Shown here: positions 1 to 11,424 of the stretch, one piece after another
Layout: every line of letters begins with the position of its first letter
How positions within the stretch are numbered: the first letter of the stretch is position 1
Assembly (NCBI GenBank): GCA_020184695.1
Contig: JAANOX010000278.1
Span: 1 to 64,000 of the forward strand
Length of the DNA stretch: 64,000 bases
Direction: 5' to 3'
Source: Histomonas meleagridis 2922-C6/04-290x
Taxonomy: Eukaryota > Protista > Parabasalia
Notes under the pieces: generated by a model
Database searches by the model: none
Seen by the model: only the letters and a program-made list of their open reading frames with translations
Told to the model about the DNA's origin: nothing
Program-made: the position numbers and the translations under genes

Positions 1-169
1 TTCAAAAAAATTAATATATTCATATCTTACAATAAAATGTGATTCGGACATGAATTTATTTTTATATTCTTATTACGATAATTCATTAAACACATTACGA
101 AATTAATTAATTTTTGTCATTTTCCTTTTGTGTTAAATCCTTCAAAAAATGCTCATTTTCTCCGTTTCG

Positions 170-205
170 TTGAGGGTTAACTTTTAGGTTAGAATTAACC
201 CTCAA
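170..205. repeat. Perfect 11-bp inverted repeat (hairpin) just downstream of the helicase gene
   Basis: TTGAGGGTTAA (170-180) and TTAACCCTCAA (195-205), 14-nt loop. Confidence 0.8.
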
Positions 206-241
206 AATTTTAATGGTACTTTTTGATAAAAATAAACATAT

Positions 242-1608
242 TCATAAAGCATCATCATCAACTTCATCATCAACTATTTGTTCTTCTAATTTCTTATGAT
301 ATTTTTCAAATCTTTCATGAACTTCTGGCAATAAATTATATACTTTAGATACTTTTCCATCAATCCTTTTTGCAGAAGCATTTCCAGTGAATTTTTTCAT
401 ATTTGCAATAAAAGTCCTTGAACTGCAACTGTTGAATTTATTTTTTTCAACAAAATCACAATATAAATTAAATAAATCAGGACCTGTTATGTTTTTGATT
501 TTTTCGTAATTGTCTCTAGCGAATATTTCATAACTTGACATTGAAGCTTCTTTTATATTTTTCTTTTTGCTTTACTGTTCGGAATTCTTCTTAAATTTAC
601 TTTCGACACATCCCTTAACATAAAGAATGTAAATAAATTTTCATAAAATTCAGGCGTGAATATTTTCGCTAAATTTGCAAAATATTTGAAATCTTGTAAA
701 TGCTTATCACTTGTTTTTGTTACAACATATCTTCTATCATAACTTTCAATCTTTATTGGAACATCATTATTTGATACCATTATAAAATTAGCAACATTTT
801 CTGTTTCTCTCATCGGTTCATTTTTTTGAATTATATTTATTGTTTTATCTGTTATAATAGATTTTAATGCATCAGAATTTAAAAATTTATTTGTATCAAT
901 ACTTTGTAGTTCATTTAAAACCAGTAATTTTTTGTTTTTTAATGTTGCATTAAATTTACCGACTACTGATTCTATATTCGTAACATTTTCATTTGCGTAT
1001 CTTGCCATTAATTTGCAAATTACATCTGTAAAGAATGTATTTTTTCCTGTTCCTTGATTTCCTAATATAACTAAAGCAACTCCAGTTTTGAAATTTGGTT
1101 TTTGAAGAATGCTCGCGACCCAAATTAAAATATATCTATAAATTTCTTCATTACCATTTGCTATTACTTCTCTGACGTGATCTAAAAATGGTTGTATAAT
1201 TTCTGTTTTTACTTTATCAAGCTTTTTATAATCATAACCTCTAAAGTAAGAAAAAATTTGAGGATCATTTGAATAAAATTTTAATGCTTTTACCGTAAAT
1301 ATTTCTGTATTTTCTAAATATAAATCCCAAGCGGAAACGTTTTTTGTTTTATTTCCTTCGGTCCTTCTTCCAATAATTATTTTCTTTAGCTTTTGTTTCG
1401 CAACGTTTTCTGATGTATAACTTACTTTAACATAATCATTCACTGCGTCATAATCTTTAAACATAAATACTTCAGGTGTTGAATCACATACTAAAAAACA
1501 TTTTTTTAAATCATTTATTGCTTCATCTCCGTTTAAATTATAGTTTTTATTTTTTCTAATGTCCATTAAACAGAATTTGTCGTTTATGTCGATTGTAACT
1601 TCTGACAT
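242..1608 (-). pseudogene. D5-like superfamily-3 helicase (Maverick/Polinton or virus-like), frameshifted
   Basis: Walker A GNQGTGKNT, Walker B LLVLNE, motif C FIMVSNN, DRRY. ORFs 553-1608 and 242-541 join through a single-base frameshift in an A-rich run near 553-565. Confidence 0.75.
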
Positions 1609-1660
1609 CTTTTTAGTTGCATTAAAAAATCAAATTACTACTTTAAAACTAGACTTAATT

Positions 1661-1768
1661 TATAACCTGTAACGTAACGTAACCTTGATTTTTGTATCTC
1701 ATGTTCTTTATTCTTCTTCTTTTTTCCAAAATGTCAAAGTTACAGGTAACGTTACGTTACAAGTTATA
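1661..1768. repeat. 24-bp imperfect inverted repeat made of GTAAC/GTTAC units, upstream of the helicase start
   Basis: TATAACCTGTAACGTAACGTAACC (1661-1684) versus GGTAACGTTACGTTACAAGTTATA (1745-1768), 2 mismatches. Confidence 0.75.
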
Positions 1769-1855
1769 GTTAGATTTTTCGCACATGCTTATTTTAAACT
1801 CGACCGTTAATCCTAATTTTCAATCATCCTCTATCGTTAATGCTTTCTTTTATGT

Positions 1856-1914
1856 AGCGCGGCTTGAAGCGAGCGTATCACGCGAAGCTTCAATAGCGCT
1901 GTGTGTGTGTGTGT
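1856..1914. repeat. GC-rich three-stem hairpin followed by (GT)7
   Basis: AGCGC/GCGCT, TTGAAGC/GCTTCAA and GCGT/ACGC stems (1856-1900). It replaces the C-terminus of the Tc1 transposase. Confidence 0.6.
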
Positions 1915-2480
1915 TAAGATTTCTATTGGATTAAGGTCGGGCGAGTTTGGAGGCCATCCTGGCGCAATTAGAACATCATTGCATAACCAATTAATTGTGT
2001 GAGTTGTATTATGGAATGGAGCCCCATCTTGCATAAAAAACCATTTAAAACGTCCGTATTTCAGATCACATGTTGGTATCAGTTGACTTCTTTTCAAGAT
2101 TTTGATGTACTCATATGAATCGACGTTTTATCCTTGCCCAGCTGTTATCTGGACTCTTTTCAGAACGAGATTCATCAGAAAAGATGATATTCTCGAACTG
2201 GGATTTTTTGTCAAAATAAAAGCTTTGTCTGCGGACAACAGTTGAGAACGATATCTTTGTTGAAAACTTTTCGTTTAGAGATGATGTTATATCTCCATCA
2301 GTTAGTCTGGCATTTGCATATGGTTGAGTTACGATGTAATCAATCATTTACCAAGTTAAAGCTGATGGACGACCAATATTATGATTCATTTGGAATTTTT
2401 TTTTAACTTTAGATATTTTTTCGGAGCAAACATATAAGAAATCTTGTATTTCTTCATAAGTAAAATGAGAAGCAAGCATT
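1915..2480 (-). mobile_element. Tc1/mariner transposase relic
   Basis: GRPSALT (HTH region), IIFSDES, FMQDGAPFH and WPPNSPDLNPIE motifs across broken frames. No TIRs identified. Confidence 0.85.
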
Positions 2481-2824
2481 CTAGATATAAATTCATCTTT
2501 CTGCTTCTGAAATTAAGTACTGTTCATTCTACAATTTTGACATTTTTCGGATTTAAATGAGTTTATTGTTCTTCTGAGTTCTGATTTCCAGTTTATATGG
2601 TGGAAGGGGAATTGAATTAATTTTTTTTATCGGTCAAAAATTGAGTTACTTTCGATCCATTATATGAATTTTAAAATTCCGACATTTTTTTTTGTCGCAT
2701 AAATATTCGATTTTGCGAAAATGCCACTTTTTAATTGGAAAAAATGACGTGTTCAAAATGGTAACGCTTGTAAAACATACAAAATGCCAATAATTCAGAA
2801 GTTTATTTTTTCATTTTTCTTGTT

Positions 2825-5011
2825 TTGAATTCAAGCCCTCCTACTCCCACCAAAATATCTGAACTTCTTCAGGCAGCTAAAAAGAAACTTAATATGGAGG
2901 ATGCCATGACAAAGTTAGAACACGAGTTCCGACTAAATCAATTTGATAAGCTTACAAATGAAAATATGGGAAAAATTTTAACTCAAAAAGTATACTATGT
3001 TTTAATTTATTATTTATATCAATCTATTTTTACTCAATCCCCATTTCCACATACTGTCAAAACATTAATCGAAAAAGAAACCAAACTTTTCCAAAACAAT
3101 TTAAACAACCAACAATACGACTATACCCAAGAAAGTCCTAATATCAAAGCACATGAAATTTTTGGAAATGATGCAGATGATTTCAAACCTGGTTCTTTAG
3201 AATTCTTTAGCATATTGCAACAACAAGAAGACCTTACCATGATAGACATATACACCTTTATGTTCTGGCCAACCTATAGTCATTATTTTATGGCAGGTTT
3301 TGCTCAAATTGATTTTTTAAATCAAATTTTCTATTCAGGGCGTTTTAACAATATCCAACGAATGTTATATTCACGCGCAGCCTTTTTTTCACCATTATTT
3401 ATACGTTATATATATTCATCATTTTGTCCTATTCTATCTCCAATTTTACCACAAATCAAATACCAAAACTTTGATAACCAAATTGGTGAAATTCAAGAGA
3501 AAATTCTCGCAAATTGTCGATCACATTCTAATCTCTTTCCTCAATATATTCTTGACATTTTAGTTGTTGAAGCCACTCAAGAACAAGGTAGCAATGTCAT
3601 TTTCCTCCGTAATGTATTTATTAACTATGCTTTACACCCTTCGTATCACAACATATCCTTTTTGCAAATTTTAGGGTTTATCGAATCGCATCAAACTCCT
3701 AACGAACAATTCTATGAATTCCTTCACAAATTATTTACAAACAAATTTTTGCGTGAATTAATCAAAATATTTTCAGAGAGTTACAACGAATCAGAAATCA
3801 AATATATTGAAGGGAAAAACCGCGAAAATCTGCCGTCAATGTTCCAACCGTCAATTTTGACTAACTACGACATCATTTCACTGCAAAACAATCGGAAACC
3901 GTTTGAACCCCCAAATGAACTTACTTTTCATACAATTTCCTGGTGGACAAAACTACACACATGGGTCGATAGCGATACTGATTTAAGGAAGTCGCAATCA
4001 GCAGTGTTCAAACAACGGATTCGAGAATTTTTGATCGAAACTGATTTTATCCCCAGATGTAATTATGGAACGTCATTAGATGATTATATGAATGAATTGG
4101 TTGACAAAGGACCAATTAATAAAATCGAAAGTCGTAAAGTAGAAGCAAACTTCATCAAAGAACAATTACAACAAAAATCAGAAAACGAAATCAAGAAATT
4201 ATTAGATGATATTATCATTGATGACAAAGAAGACTTAATGAAACTGAGTGCATTTACACCCATGATCTTCCAACTTCAAGATTTAGATGAACAAGTCAAA
4301 CCAATAATCCAACGAATGTTTTATATCGCAAAAGATTTCTTATTGCGGTCAACTATCGAAAAGTATTTCATGAACAAAAGGAAATTGGAACTTAAAGATG
4401 TCATAAATAATCCCAATTTGTTAAAACAAGAATTAACTGATTTAATGAGTTATGTTAAACATGAAAATGACATTGTTAAAGAGAAAGTCATTACTGAAGA
4501 ATCAATTACAGACACATGTTATTCTTATCTTACTTCCTCATTTAATTATAACGAATTCATTGAATTTAAACCAGAATTAAAAGAAGAGGATTCAATGGTC
4601 TACGAAAAACTGTCAACATCTGAAAATGAAATTATGGAAAAACTCGAAAATTTATTACCAGATAAAAAGTATCTGGAAAGGGCGAAGAAGTTACTTAAAG
4701 AAAAGAATATATTCAGCGGAATGAAAGACGCTTTTGGAATAAATGATATATATAGTTTCGGAAAACAATTAAATGTCGCAATAGGAATGGCAAGGTTCCA
4801 ATTCACAAAGGGATTCTCGGCTATGGATGTTGGACCTGATCAACTTATGCCGTTCTTTGTTACGTTCTATTCATTGTTTCATCCAAAAGATTTTGCATCA
4901 AGATTCGAATTCTTGAAAATGTTTTACATTGGCTTCTTCCCTAATGAGACAACAACGTTCACATGCTACCAATCAGCGTTGAAGAATGGGGGACTGGATA
5001 TTCAAATTTGA
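2825..5011 (+). CDS. Probable VPS9-domain (Rab5-family GEF) protein; start codon uncertain
   Basis: 728-codon ORF. C-terminal DVGPDQLMPFF...FLKMF...TFTCYQSAL resembles the VPS9 core. Opens at TTG 2825; first ATG is at 2894. Confidence 0.55.
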   Translation: MNSSPPTPTKISELLQAAKKKLNMEDAMTKLEHEFRLNQFDKLTNENMGKILTQKVYYVLIYYLYQSIFTQSPFPHTVKTLIEKETKLFQNNLNNQQYDYTQESPNIKAHEIFGNDADDFKPGSLEFFSILQQQEDLTMIDIYTFMFWPTYSHYFMAGFAQIDFLNQIFYSGRFNNIQRMLYSRAAFFSPLFIRYIYSSFCPILSPILPQIKYQNFDNQIGEIQEKILANCRSHSNLFPQYILDILVVEATQEQGSNVIFLRNVFINYALHPSYHNISFLQILGFIESHQTPNEQFYEFLHKLFTNKFLRELIKIFSESYNESEIKYIEGKNRENLPSMFQPSILTNYDIISLQNNRKPFEPPNELTFHTISWWTKLHTWVDSDTDLRKSQSAVFKQRIREFLIETDFIPRCNYGTSLDDYMNELVDKGPINKIESRKVEANFIKEQLQQKSENEIKKLLDDIIIDDKEDLMKLSAFTPMIFQLQDLDEQVKPIIQRMFYIAKDFLLRSTIEKYFMNKRKLELKDVINNPNLLKQELTDLMSYVKHENDIVKEKVITEESITDTCYSYLTSSFNYNEFIEFKPELKEEDSMVYEKLSTSENEIMEKLENLLPDKKYLERAKKLLKEKNIFSGMKDAFGINDIYSFGKQLNVAIGMARFQFTKGFSAMDVGPDQLMPFFVTFYSLFHPKDFASRFEFLKMFYIGFFPNETTTFTCYQSALKNGGLDIQI

Positions 5012-5579
5012 ATAAATCTATAAACCGTTATATGAACGTTTATTTGGCTGCTTAACACAACATAATCAATTCAATTATTCAATAGCTATGTTATGTTACC
5101 AATTTTTTCTGTGCATACCGATGAAAACGACACTTTTGGGAAATGATTCTCTTTTGGATAATATTAGTTTGATTATCATCATGCCCGCTAAACCGCCCGA
5201 CCAATTATTAAAAGTTTTTCGAATTCTATGATGTTATTATGTGTAATATGATCCATGTTTTCATAACCATCGTTCTTACCCACAACGGAACCGCCCACGA
5301 AATTTGAATTGAAAAAAGATATCACTTTTTTGATGGAGAAAGTATACCATCAAAATGCATACAAATTTGATTGAAGTAAAATGACATTTGATTAATCAAA
5401 AAGTAAAAGTTGATTTGTGAATTTGTGTTTCGGGCTGGATGAATTGCTGTATTCTGTGTTTACATGTTAAAAAAAAATTAAAAAAAAAACATAGTCTTGG
5501 CATTGAAAAAAATTAAAACAAAGAATATATATATTTTAGATAAAGATGAATCCAATTCATTATAAGACAAAAATACGAT

Positions 5580-6023
5580 TCATATTCTTAACTCAAATAA
5601 CTTAGAATACTTATCACTCGTTTCAATTTTTTTCAATTTGATTTTGAGTGTTTCATTTTGACTTGGAATTTCTTGAATAGGGAAAATACGCTTTGGTTGT
5701 GTTGATGCCATTTCTAAAAGAGTGACCGGATTTGGTCGATGAAACGTTGTTGCAGCTCTTACTCTAGTCATTGTGCTTTCTTGTTCTTGTAATTTCTTTT
5801 TAAGTTTTCTTGTTTTATTTTCTTGAGTTACACTTTCAGGTGACGGTAGCCTTCTTTTTAATTGGGATCTTTTTTGGTTTCTTGGTGAATCTCTGATTTT
5901 CTTATTCACAGAATTTACATTGTTAATATAATCGGAATTAACATTATTAATATTTTCACCAGCATGATCAACGAATTTTGTTAGATGCCTAGTTTCTGTT
6001 TTAAAGATATTATTTCTCATCAT
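5580..6023 (-). CDS. Hypothetical basic protein, 147 aa
   Basis: ATG-started ORF with plausible composition; no family recognised. Confidence 0.55.
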   Translation of the reverse strand: MMRNNIFKTETRHLTKFVDHAGENINNVNSDYINNVNSVNKKIRDSPRNQKRSQLKRRLPSPESVTQENKTRKLKKKLQEQESTMTRVRAATTFHRPNPVTLLEMASTQPKRIFPIQEIPSQNETLKIKLKKIETSDKYSKLFELRI

Positions 6024-6090
6024 TTTTAAAAAAAATGATCTTTAACGTACAAAAATTTATTTAAATAGTTTACATCTCACGAAAAAGTTT

Positions 6091-7122
6091 TCAGTTTTGA
6101 TTTTTGTTTTCCCACAAAGTCTTTAATCCTTTATCATGCACAAACAATATTTCCGCTATTTTCGATATCTGTTCTTTAATTTCAGTTATTTCTTCTTTTA
6201 AATTTTGTATTTCTGATTCAATTGAATCATCTTTAATTAATTGTACTCTTGGTTGTATAACAGGCAAACGCGACTCTATTGATTGTATTCTTTTAGTCAA
6301 TGCCATTATTGGCGTTGATTGCGGTTCTTCTTCGAATGGAATAAATTGCGCTTTTTCCCATTTTATTTGGTTATCTCCGCACGAATGAAGAAGTAGTTTT
6401 CGTAAGTCGCTTTCGGAAACATCAATAAGAACATTTACAAGTTCATCGTTATCGATTTCTATGTCATCTACATCATCACATCTGATTCCATCAAATACTT
6501 CAAGAGATGGACAAAGATGTTTTGCAAACTCGGCAACTTTGATGTCTTCGTTTTTCTCTTGCAAACTCGTGTTCAAGACTCGTAATTGTTGGAAAACTGT
6601 AATGAATCTAAGATTAACCAACGTGTCAAATAAATTGGAACTTACATCAATTTCTTCAATATCCTTTGGGATTTTGTCTTCAAAAAAATCGAGATTCGAG
6701 ATCTCGTTTTGCGATATGTTAAGTTCAATAAGACTTTGTGGTAAAGGAACTGTAATATCAGATATTTTGTTGTGAGAAGCATTTAGTGTTTCAAGATTAA
6801 TGAGAGATTCAACAAAGTCTAAATTAGTAATTTTATTGTGGCTACAATCAAGTTTACAAAGTGTTTCAACTTTGCGAAGTGGAGTGAGATCACTAATACG
6901 ATTATTTGACAGATTGAGATAGCGAAGGTATGTAAAAGGAGTCATATCATGAAGTGTTTTAATAAGATTGTTTGAGGCTTCAATTTGAATTAAAAGATTT
7001 GGTTTGGAAATTGGTGGAAGCTCGGAAATTTTTCTATTTGAGCAGTCAAATGTGTCTTGACGTATGCTGTTTCCAGAACTTCGTATTGATGAATTTGAGT
7101 GCTTGTGATTGCTTAGCTCCAT
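6091..7122 (-). CDS. SDS22-like leucine-rich repeat protein with C-terminal coiled coil
   Basis: Repeated LxxLxLSxNxIxxL units (LNLSNNRISDL, LDCSHNKITNL, LNASHNKISDI). First ATG at 7122. Confidence 0.85.
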   Translation of the reverse strand: MELSNHKHSNSSIRSSGNSIRQDTFDCSNRKISELPPISKPNLLIQIEASNNLIKTLHDMTPFTYLRYLNLSNNRISDLTPLRKVETLCKLDCSHNKITNLDFVESLINLETLNASHNKISDITVPLPQSLIELNISQNEISNLDFFEDKIPKDIEEIDVSSNLFDTLVNLRFITVFQQLRVLNTSLQEKNEDIKVAEFAKHLCPSLEVFDGIRCDDVDDIEIDNDELVNVLIDVSESDLRKLLLHSCGDNQIKWEKAQFIPFEEEPQSTPIMALTKRIQSIESRLPVIQPRVQLIKDDSIESEIQNLKEEITEIKEQISKIAEILFVHDKGLKTLWENKNQN

Positions 7123-7611
7123 CCAGCAATCGATATGTAAAGCATTCAAAATTCAAAGATTTGTCAGATAATTGGCGGTTTAATATCAATCAGGATGAAA
7201 CATTTTAAATGATTGTTTTTATTGCAGGAAATTATTCTAAGAGTCTAATTAGACCACAATCGAAACATAGATTTTGTTTTTGATGTGATCCTATATAAAT
7301 ATAAGAAACAAAAAATAATTCCAAGTTTAAATGAATCATTTTGTCCATATTTTTTATTGTGATTGATACTAAATAAGTTATTAATAAACCTATGTAAAAG
7401 AATTGAATAATTATGAAAGATTTCATGAGGTTTCACATGATTCAATTAGTCATATTTTTTATCGTTCAAAACTGTAAGTGACCAAAAAAAAAAAACGTTA
7501 TCCTTCAGAAAACCGTCTGGTGGTATTTGAACGATAGGAAAGTGGCAGTAAATTGTGATAATTATATTCAAAAATTTACCGGTAAATTTCTCAACCTTGT
7601 TTACATTCTAA

Positions 7612-8193
7612 ATGTCTTCTGTGACACCTCACCCAAGCATATATCGCGTTTCTTGCTATGGCTGCGGTCAAATGTATGTTAGGCGTTCAGAGAATGATAA
7701 ATGCCCATTTTGCGGCCGTTCGACCATCAAGTATTATGAATGCAAATGCGCTAACTGTGGTCACACTGTAACTGTCAACTCATTTGATGACGCCTGCAAA
7801 TATTGTGCTGCAAAAGGAAAGTGGACTCAAGGATCTTACGATGGAAAAGTCTTCAGATATGTAATCGTAAAGCAAGCGCCACAGCCAAGAACTGAAACAA
7901 CATATGTTACAAAGTATGTAACAGAGGAACCAAAACCTGTTCGTACAACAACAACAAAAACAACATATGTTACAACATCTCGTCCTACAACAACAACTAC
8001 CACAACATATGTTACCACTAAACCAACTACAACAACTAAGACAACTACTACCACAACATATGTCACCACTAAACCTGGATCAACAACTACTACCACAACC
8101 ACAACTTCAAAGAACTCAGGCTCAAAGGTTTCAGTCAAGTTCGACATGGGGCAAAGGAAAGAAGGACCAGAACCGGATTGTCTTATCGCGTAA
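7612..8193 (+). CDS. Tandem zinc-ribbon protein with Thr-rich repeats and a CaaX box
   Basis: Four CxxC pairs, T(n)YVTTKP repeats and C-terminal CLIA. Confidence 0.8.
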   Translation: MSSVTPHPSIYRVSCYGCGQMYVRRSENDKCPFCGRSTIKYYECKCANCGHTVTVNSFDDACKYCAAKGKWTQGSYDGKVFRYVIVKQAPQPRTETTYVTKYVTEEPKPVRTTTTKTTYVTTSRPTTTTTTTYVTTKPTTTTKTTTTTTYVTTKPGSTTTTTTTTSKNSGSKVSVKFDMGQRKEGPEPDCLIA

Positions 8194-8849
8194 AAACACA
8201 GCAAACCCATTTTTTTAACGTTTTGAGGCGAACCTTTTGAGGGAATTGAATTGAAATTTTCAAATTTCAAAGGTTTGGATTTGTTTCGATTGAAATATAA
8301 TCAATTATTTGGTAAAGAATAATATTATATCATTTCGAATAGAATTTAGGTGTTTGAATATGGAAGGAGTATACAGATGCCCCCGACACGGGTTCCTTGG
8401 ATACTCGGGATCAGTTCCAACCGCATTATATACTGTAAATTTAGCAAACATATTCAAGAAAATATTTTTGAATGTGTATTAACTATGTCAAACGTTAAAA
8501 TGCTTCTGAAATAAAGAGATAGCAGGTTTGAATTTCATGTTATTTATAAAATATGTATCATTGAAGGATATGTAAATAAAATTATTATAATGATTTGGAA
8601 AAATTTTATTATTTTGATAAAAACTTTTTCTTTGTATCTACCTGTTTTTGTCAAAATTATTTTATTATTTTATTAATTTCAAAAGTATGCTAATAATTTT
8701 TACTATCTTCGTTCCAAGTGTATGCACGATTATCATCAGATTTCATATGAGAAATTTTAATCCCAAAAAGTTACTTGTTCTTCAAATTCTTTAAATGTTT
8801 TATAATTATAATTGCTCATATGCAAAGACAAAACAAGAGATGCATGAAA

Positions 8850-10130
8850 TGATTCCAATAAATAAGAAATATCATTTTAAAACATCAAATTATAATAATA
8901 TATTTTAAATAAAGCAAACTATCATTTCTGTTAGGTGCAACATTAACGCCTTTTGCTTTTAGAATTAATTTTACTATTTCTTTATAATTTTTTGATTTTG
9001 CTTTATTCAACGCTGATTGGAATGATTATAAAAATTTTTCAGGACTTATTTTGAAATATTAAATCATGAAAACAAATTATATATAAAACAAATCAATATC
9101 ATTCCTTCTTGTTCAAGAAGTATTTTAACAATTTCCACATTGCCTTTGATAGCTGCAATAAAAAGTGCTGTATCAAATATTTTAAGAGTTTTCCAAATAT
9201 TATTTTTAAATATCGGATATTAAAAAAAATTTCGAATAAAAATAAATATTTTTAGCTTTAAAATCAATACCTTCTACTCAAGAAGCAATTTAACAATATT
9301 GATATGATTTTTTTTTCAATTCAATCATAAGTGATGTTCTAAATATTTTGAATAATCTCTAAATGGAATTTAGAAATACTAAATGATGAAAACAAACTCT
9401 AAAAATGTTAAATAAATGTTTTTAGCATTAACATCAATTCCTTCTTGTTCGAAAAGTAATTTAGCTATTTCTAGGTTACCTTTTTGCAGATTCGTTTAAT
9501 ATAAAAGTATTAAATTTATTTCCTTCCTTTTCTAAGAATGATAAAATCTCATAACCACATTTAATACTTAAAGTTATCAAAGAATTAAAGTTTCTTCTAA
9601 TTTCACTTTCTATTTGATTTTCATAAATATATTTCAAGACATCATTTTGATGAAATTCGATTGCTATTTCATATGTATCTTCGAATTTCGAATGATTTTG
9701 TTCACATAAATGAATGATTTCTTCATTTCCACCTGCAATTGCATATTTGCTTCTATTATCTACGTTTGCACCATTCATAAGTAAATATTTAAAACATTTA
9801 ACTGATCCAAAAAATGCTGAATAATCAATTAATGAAACATTTTCTTCAATAATAAATGAATGTCTTTCATAAAGTGATGGTTCAATTGTTTGATTCAAAT
9901 CATATTTGTATTGTGATGATATTTCTTGAAGCTTATCTATTTCATCATTTCGAATAATTATTTTTGATCTTTCGTTTGGATAAACTTAATCTTTAATTAA
10001 TTGCTTATGAAGTTCCCAATCATTCTTTAAAGGTTGATCATAATTTTATGAAATATTTATAAAACATAATTTTACTTCCTTTTAATTGTTCAATTGTTTC
10101 TGTATCAAAATAATGAGAAAAATAAAATGA
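8850..10130 (-). pseudogene. Degenerate DUF3447/ankyrin-repeat gene
   Basis: SLIDYSAFFGSVKCFKYLL and YAIAGGNEEIIHLCEQ in ORF 9476-9898. Broken GIDVNAK/TALFIA ankyrin fragments lie downstream. Boundaries are approximate. Confidence 0.75.
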
Positions 10131-10563
10131 TTTTTTATTTTTAATTAAATTTGGTGATATTAAGTTTGATTCAATCATTTTATCGAAAAAAAAAAAAAAT
10201 TAGATTCTTTAGGTTTTATTTGAATGTTTGCTAAGAATTTTATAAAAATTTCAATTGTATTCTTTGGGATGATAAAAATGAATAGTAAACAAAATTACTA
10301 ATGAATAAATTAAACGAGTATGAGAAAAAAGGATTAAATAATTTCATTACACGATTAACTGCATCATTACCAAAATTTTCACCAGTTAAATTAAAAAAAT
10401 ATTCTTCAAGTTCAAAAACTGATTTCATACAAGATTACAGAGACCACATCACATATCGACAAAAGTTTATTAACAAAAAAAGCCACCGACGGTAATCGAA
10501 CCTGCAACACTAAATATGGGCTGCCCCATTTTTTGTACGTTTGTAATAAGCGAGATTTATAAA

Positions 10564-11403
10564 ATGAGCGAATTAATTCTTAAAGCATGGTCCATGGCTC
10601 AATTTGATGACATAGAAGGACTAAAAGAATTAGTGCCAAGTCAGGTTAACCCAAATGCGTCAACTCATTCTGAAGAAAATCATGTTCATTCTTTATTGAT
10701 GTGTGCTGCAGCACATGGTTCCATAGAATGTACAAAATTTCTAATAAAAAGTGGTGCTAATGTTGAACAAAAAAACTTTATGGGTTTTACTGCATTACAT
10801 TGGACGGCTTTTACAGGACGAATTGAATGCGTCGATATTTTATTGAACAGTGGAGCAGACATCAATGCCAAAACAGAAGACGGGAAAACGGTAATGCATA
10901 TTGCTGCATCTCGTGGTCATATTTCTTATATTGAATACATTCTTGAAAGAGGTGCTGATTTAGATGCTGTTAATAGTGCTGGATGGACCGCAATTTTCCT
11001 TGCAGTTGTTGCCAATCAGAAAGCTACTGCCAAATATCTTCTTGAAAAAGGCATTGAATATGATTATTTTGATGCAAATCTCAAAAAATTGACCAACATT
11101 GCCACAAAATACAACAGAAACTGGTTATTCGGCCTCCTTGATAACAAGTCCGAACATAAATTCGAAACAGATCAAATTGACTCAAAAATCTTGATTTCGA
11201 ATCAAGAATCTAATTCAGAACAACTCAATCCTATGCCCTCACCTAAGCAACCTAAAGTAAGGAAGACGATTAAAATAATTAAAGATGCTAATGAAGATAT
11301 TGTAAATGATTCATCATCAGAAACGTCAGAATCAGAAGAGAACCTTGAATACACATCACCAAAGAAACCAATCAGGAAACCATCCAAGAAACCCAAGCAA
11401 TAA
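10564..11403 (+). CDS. Ankyrin-repeat protein (alternative in-frame ATG at 10516)
   Basis: Four to five canonical repeats (GFTALHW, GKTVMHIAA, GWTAIFLA) and a low-complexity charged tail. Confidence 0.9.
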   Translation: MSELILKAWSMAQFDDIEGLKELVPSQVNPNASTHSEENHVHSLLMCAAAHGSIECTKFLIKSGANVEQKNFMGFTALHWTAFTGRIECVDILLNSGADINAKTEDGKTVMHIAASRGHISYIEYILERGADLDAVNSAGWTAIFLAVVANQKATAKYLLEKGIEYDYFDANLKKLTNIATKYNRNWLFGLLDNKSEHKFETDQIDSKILISNQESNSEQLNPMPSPKQPKVRKTIKIIKDANEDIVNDSSSETSESEENLEYTSPKKPIRKPSKKPKQ

Positions 11404-11424
11404 AGCAACAGTAATTTGATTTAT

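Noticed and set aside
1895-1920. CTTAAC(AC)nAG on the minus strand, resembling the trichomonad intron 3' motif ACTAACACACAG
   Set aside because: No matching 5' splice site or sensible spliced product; explained by a dinucleotide repeat.
10488-10512. tRNA T-arm-like GCAGGTTCGATTACC followed by a T-run on the minus strand
   Set aside because: The T-stem does not pair, and there is no acceptor stem or D-arm. It lies in the ankyrin gene upstream region.
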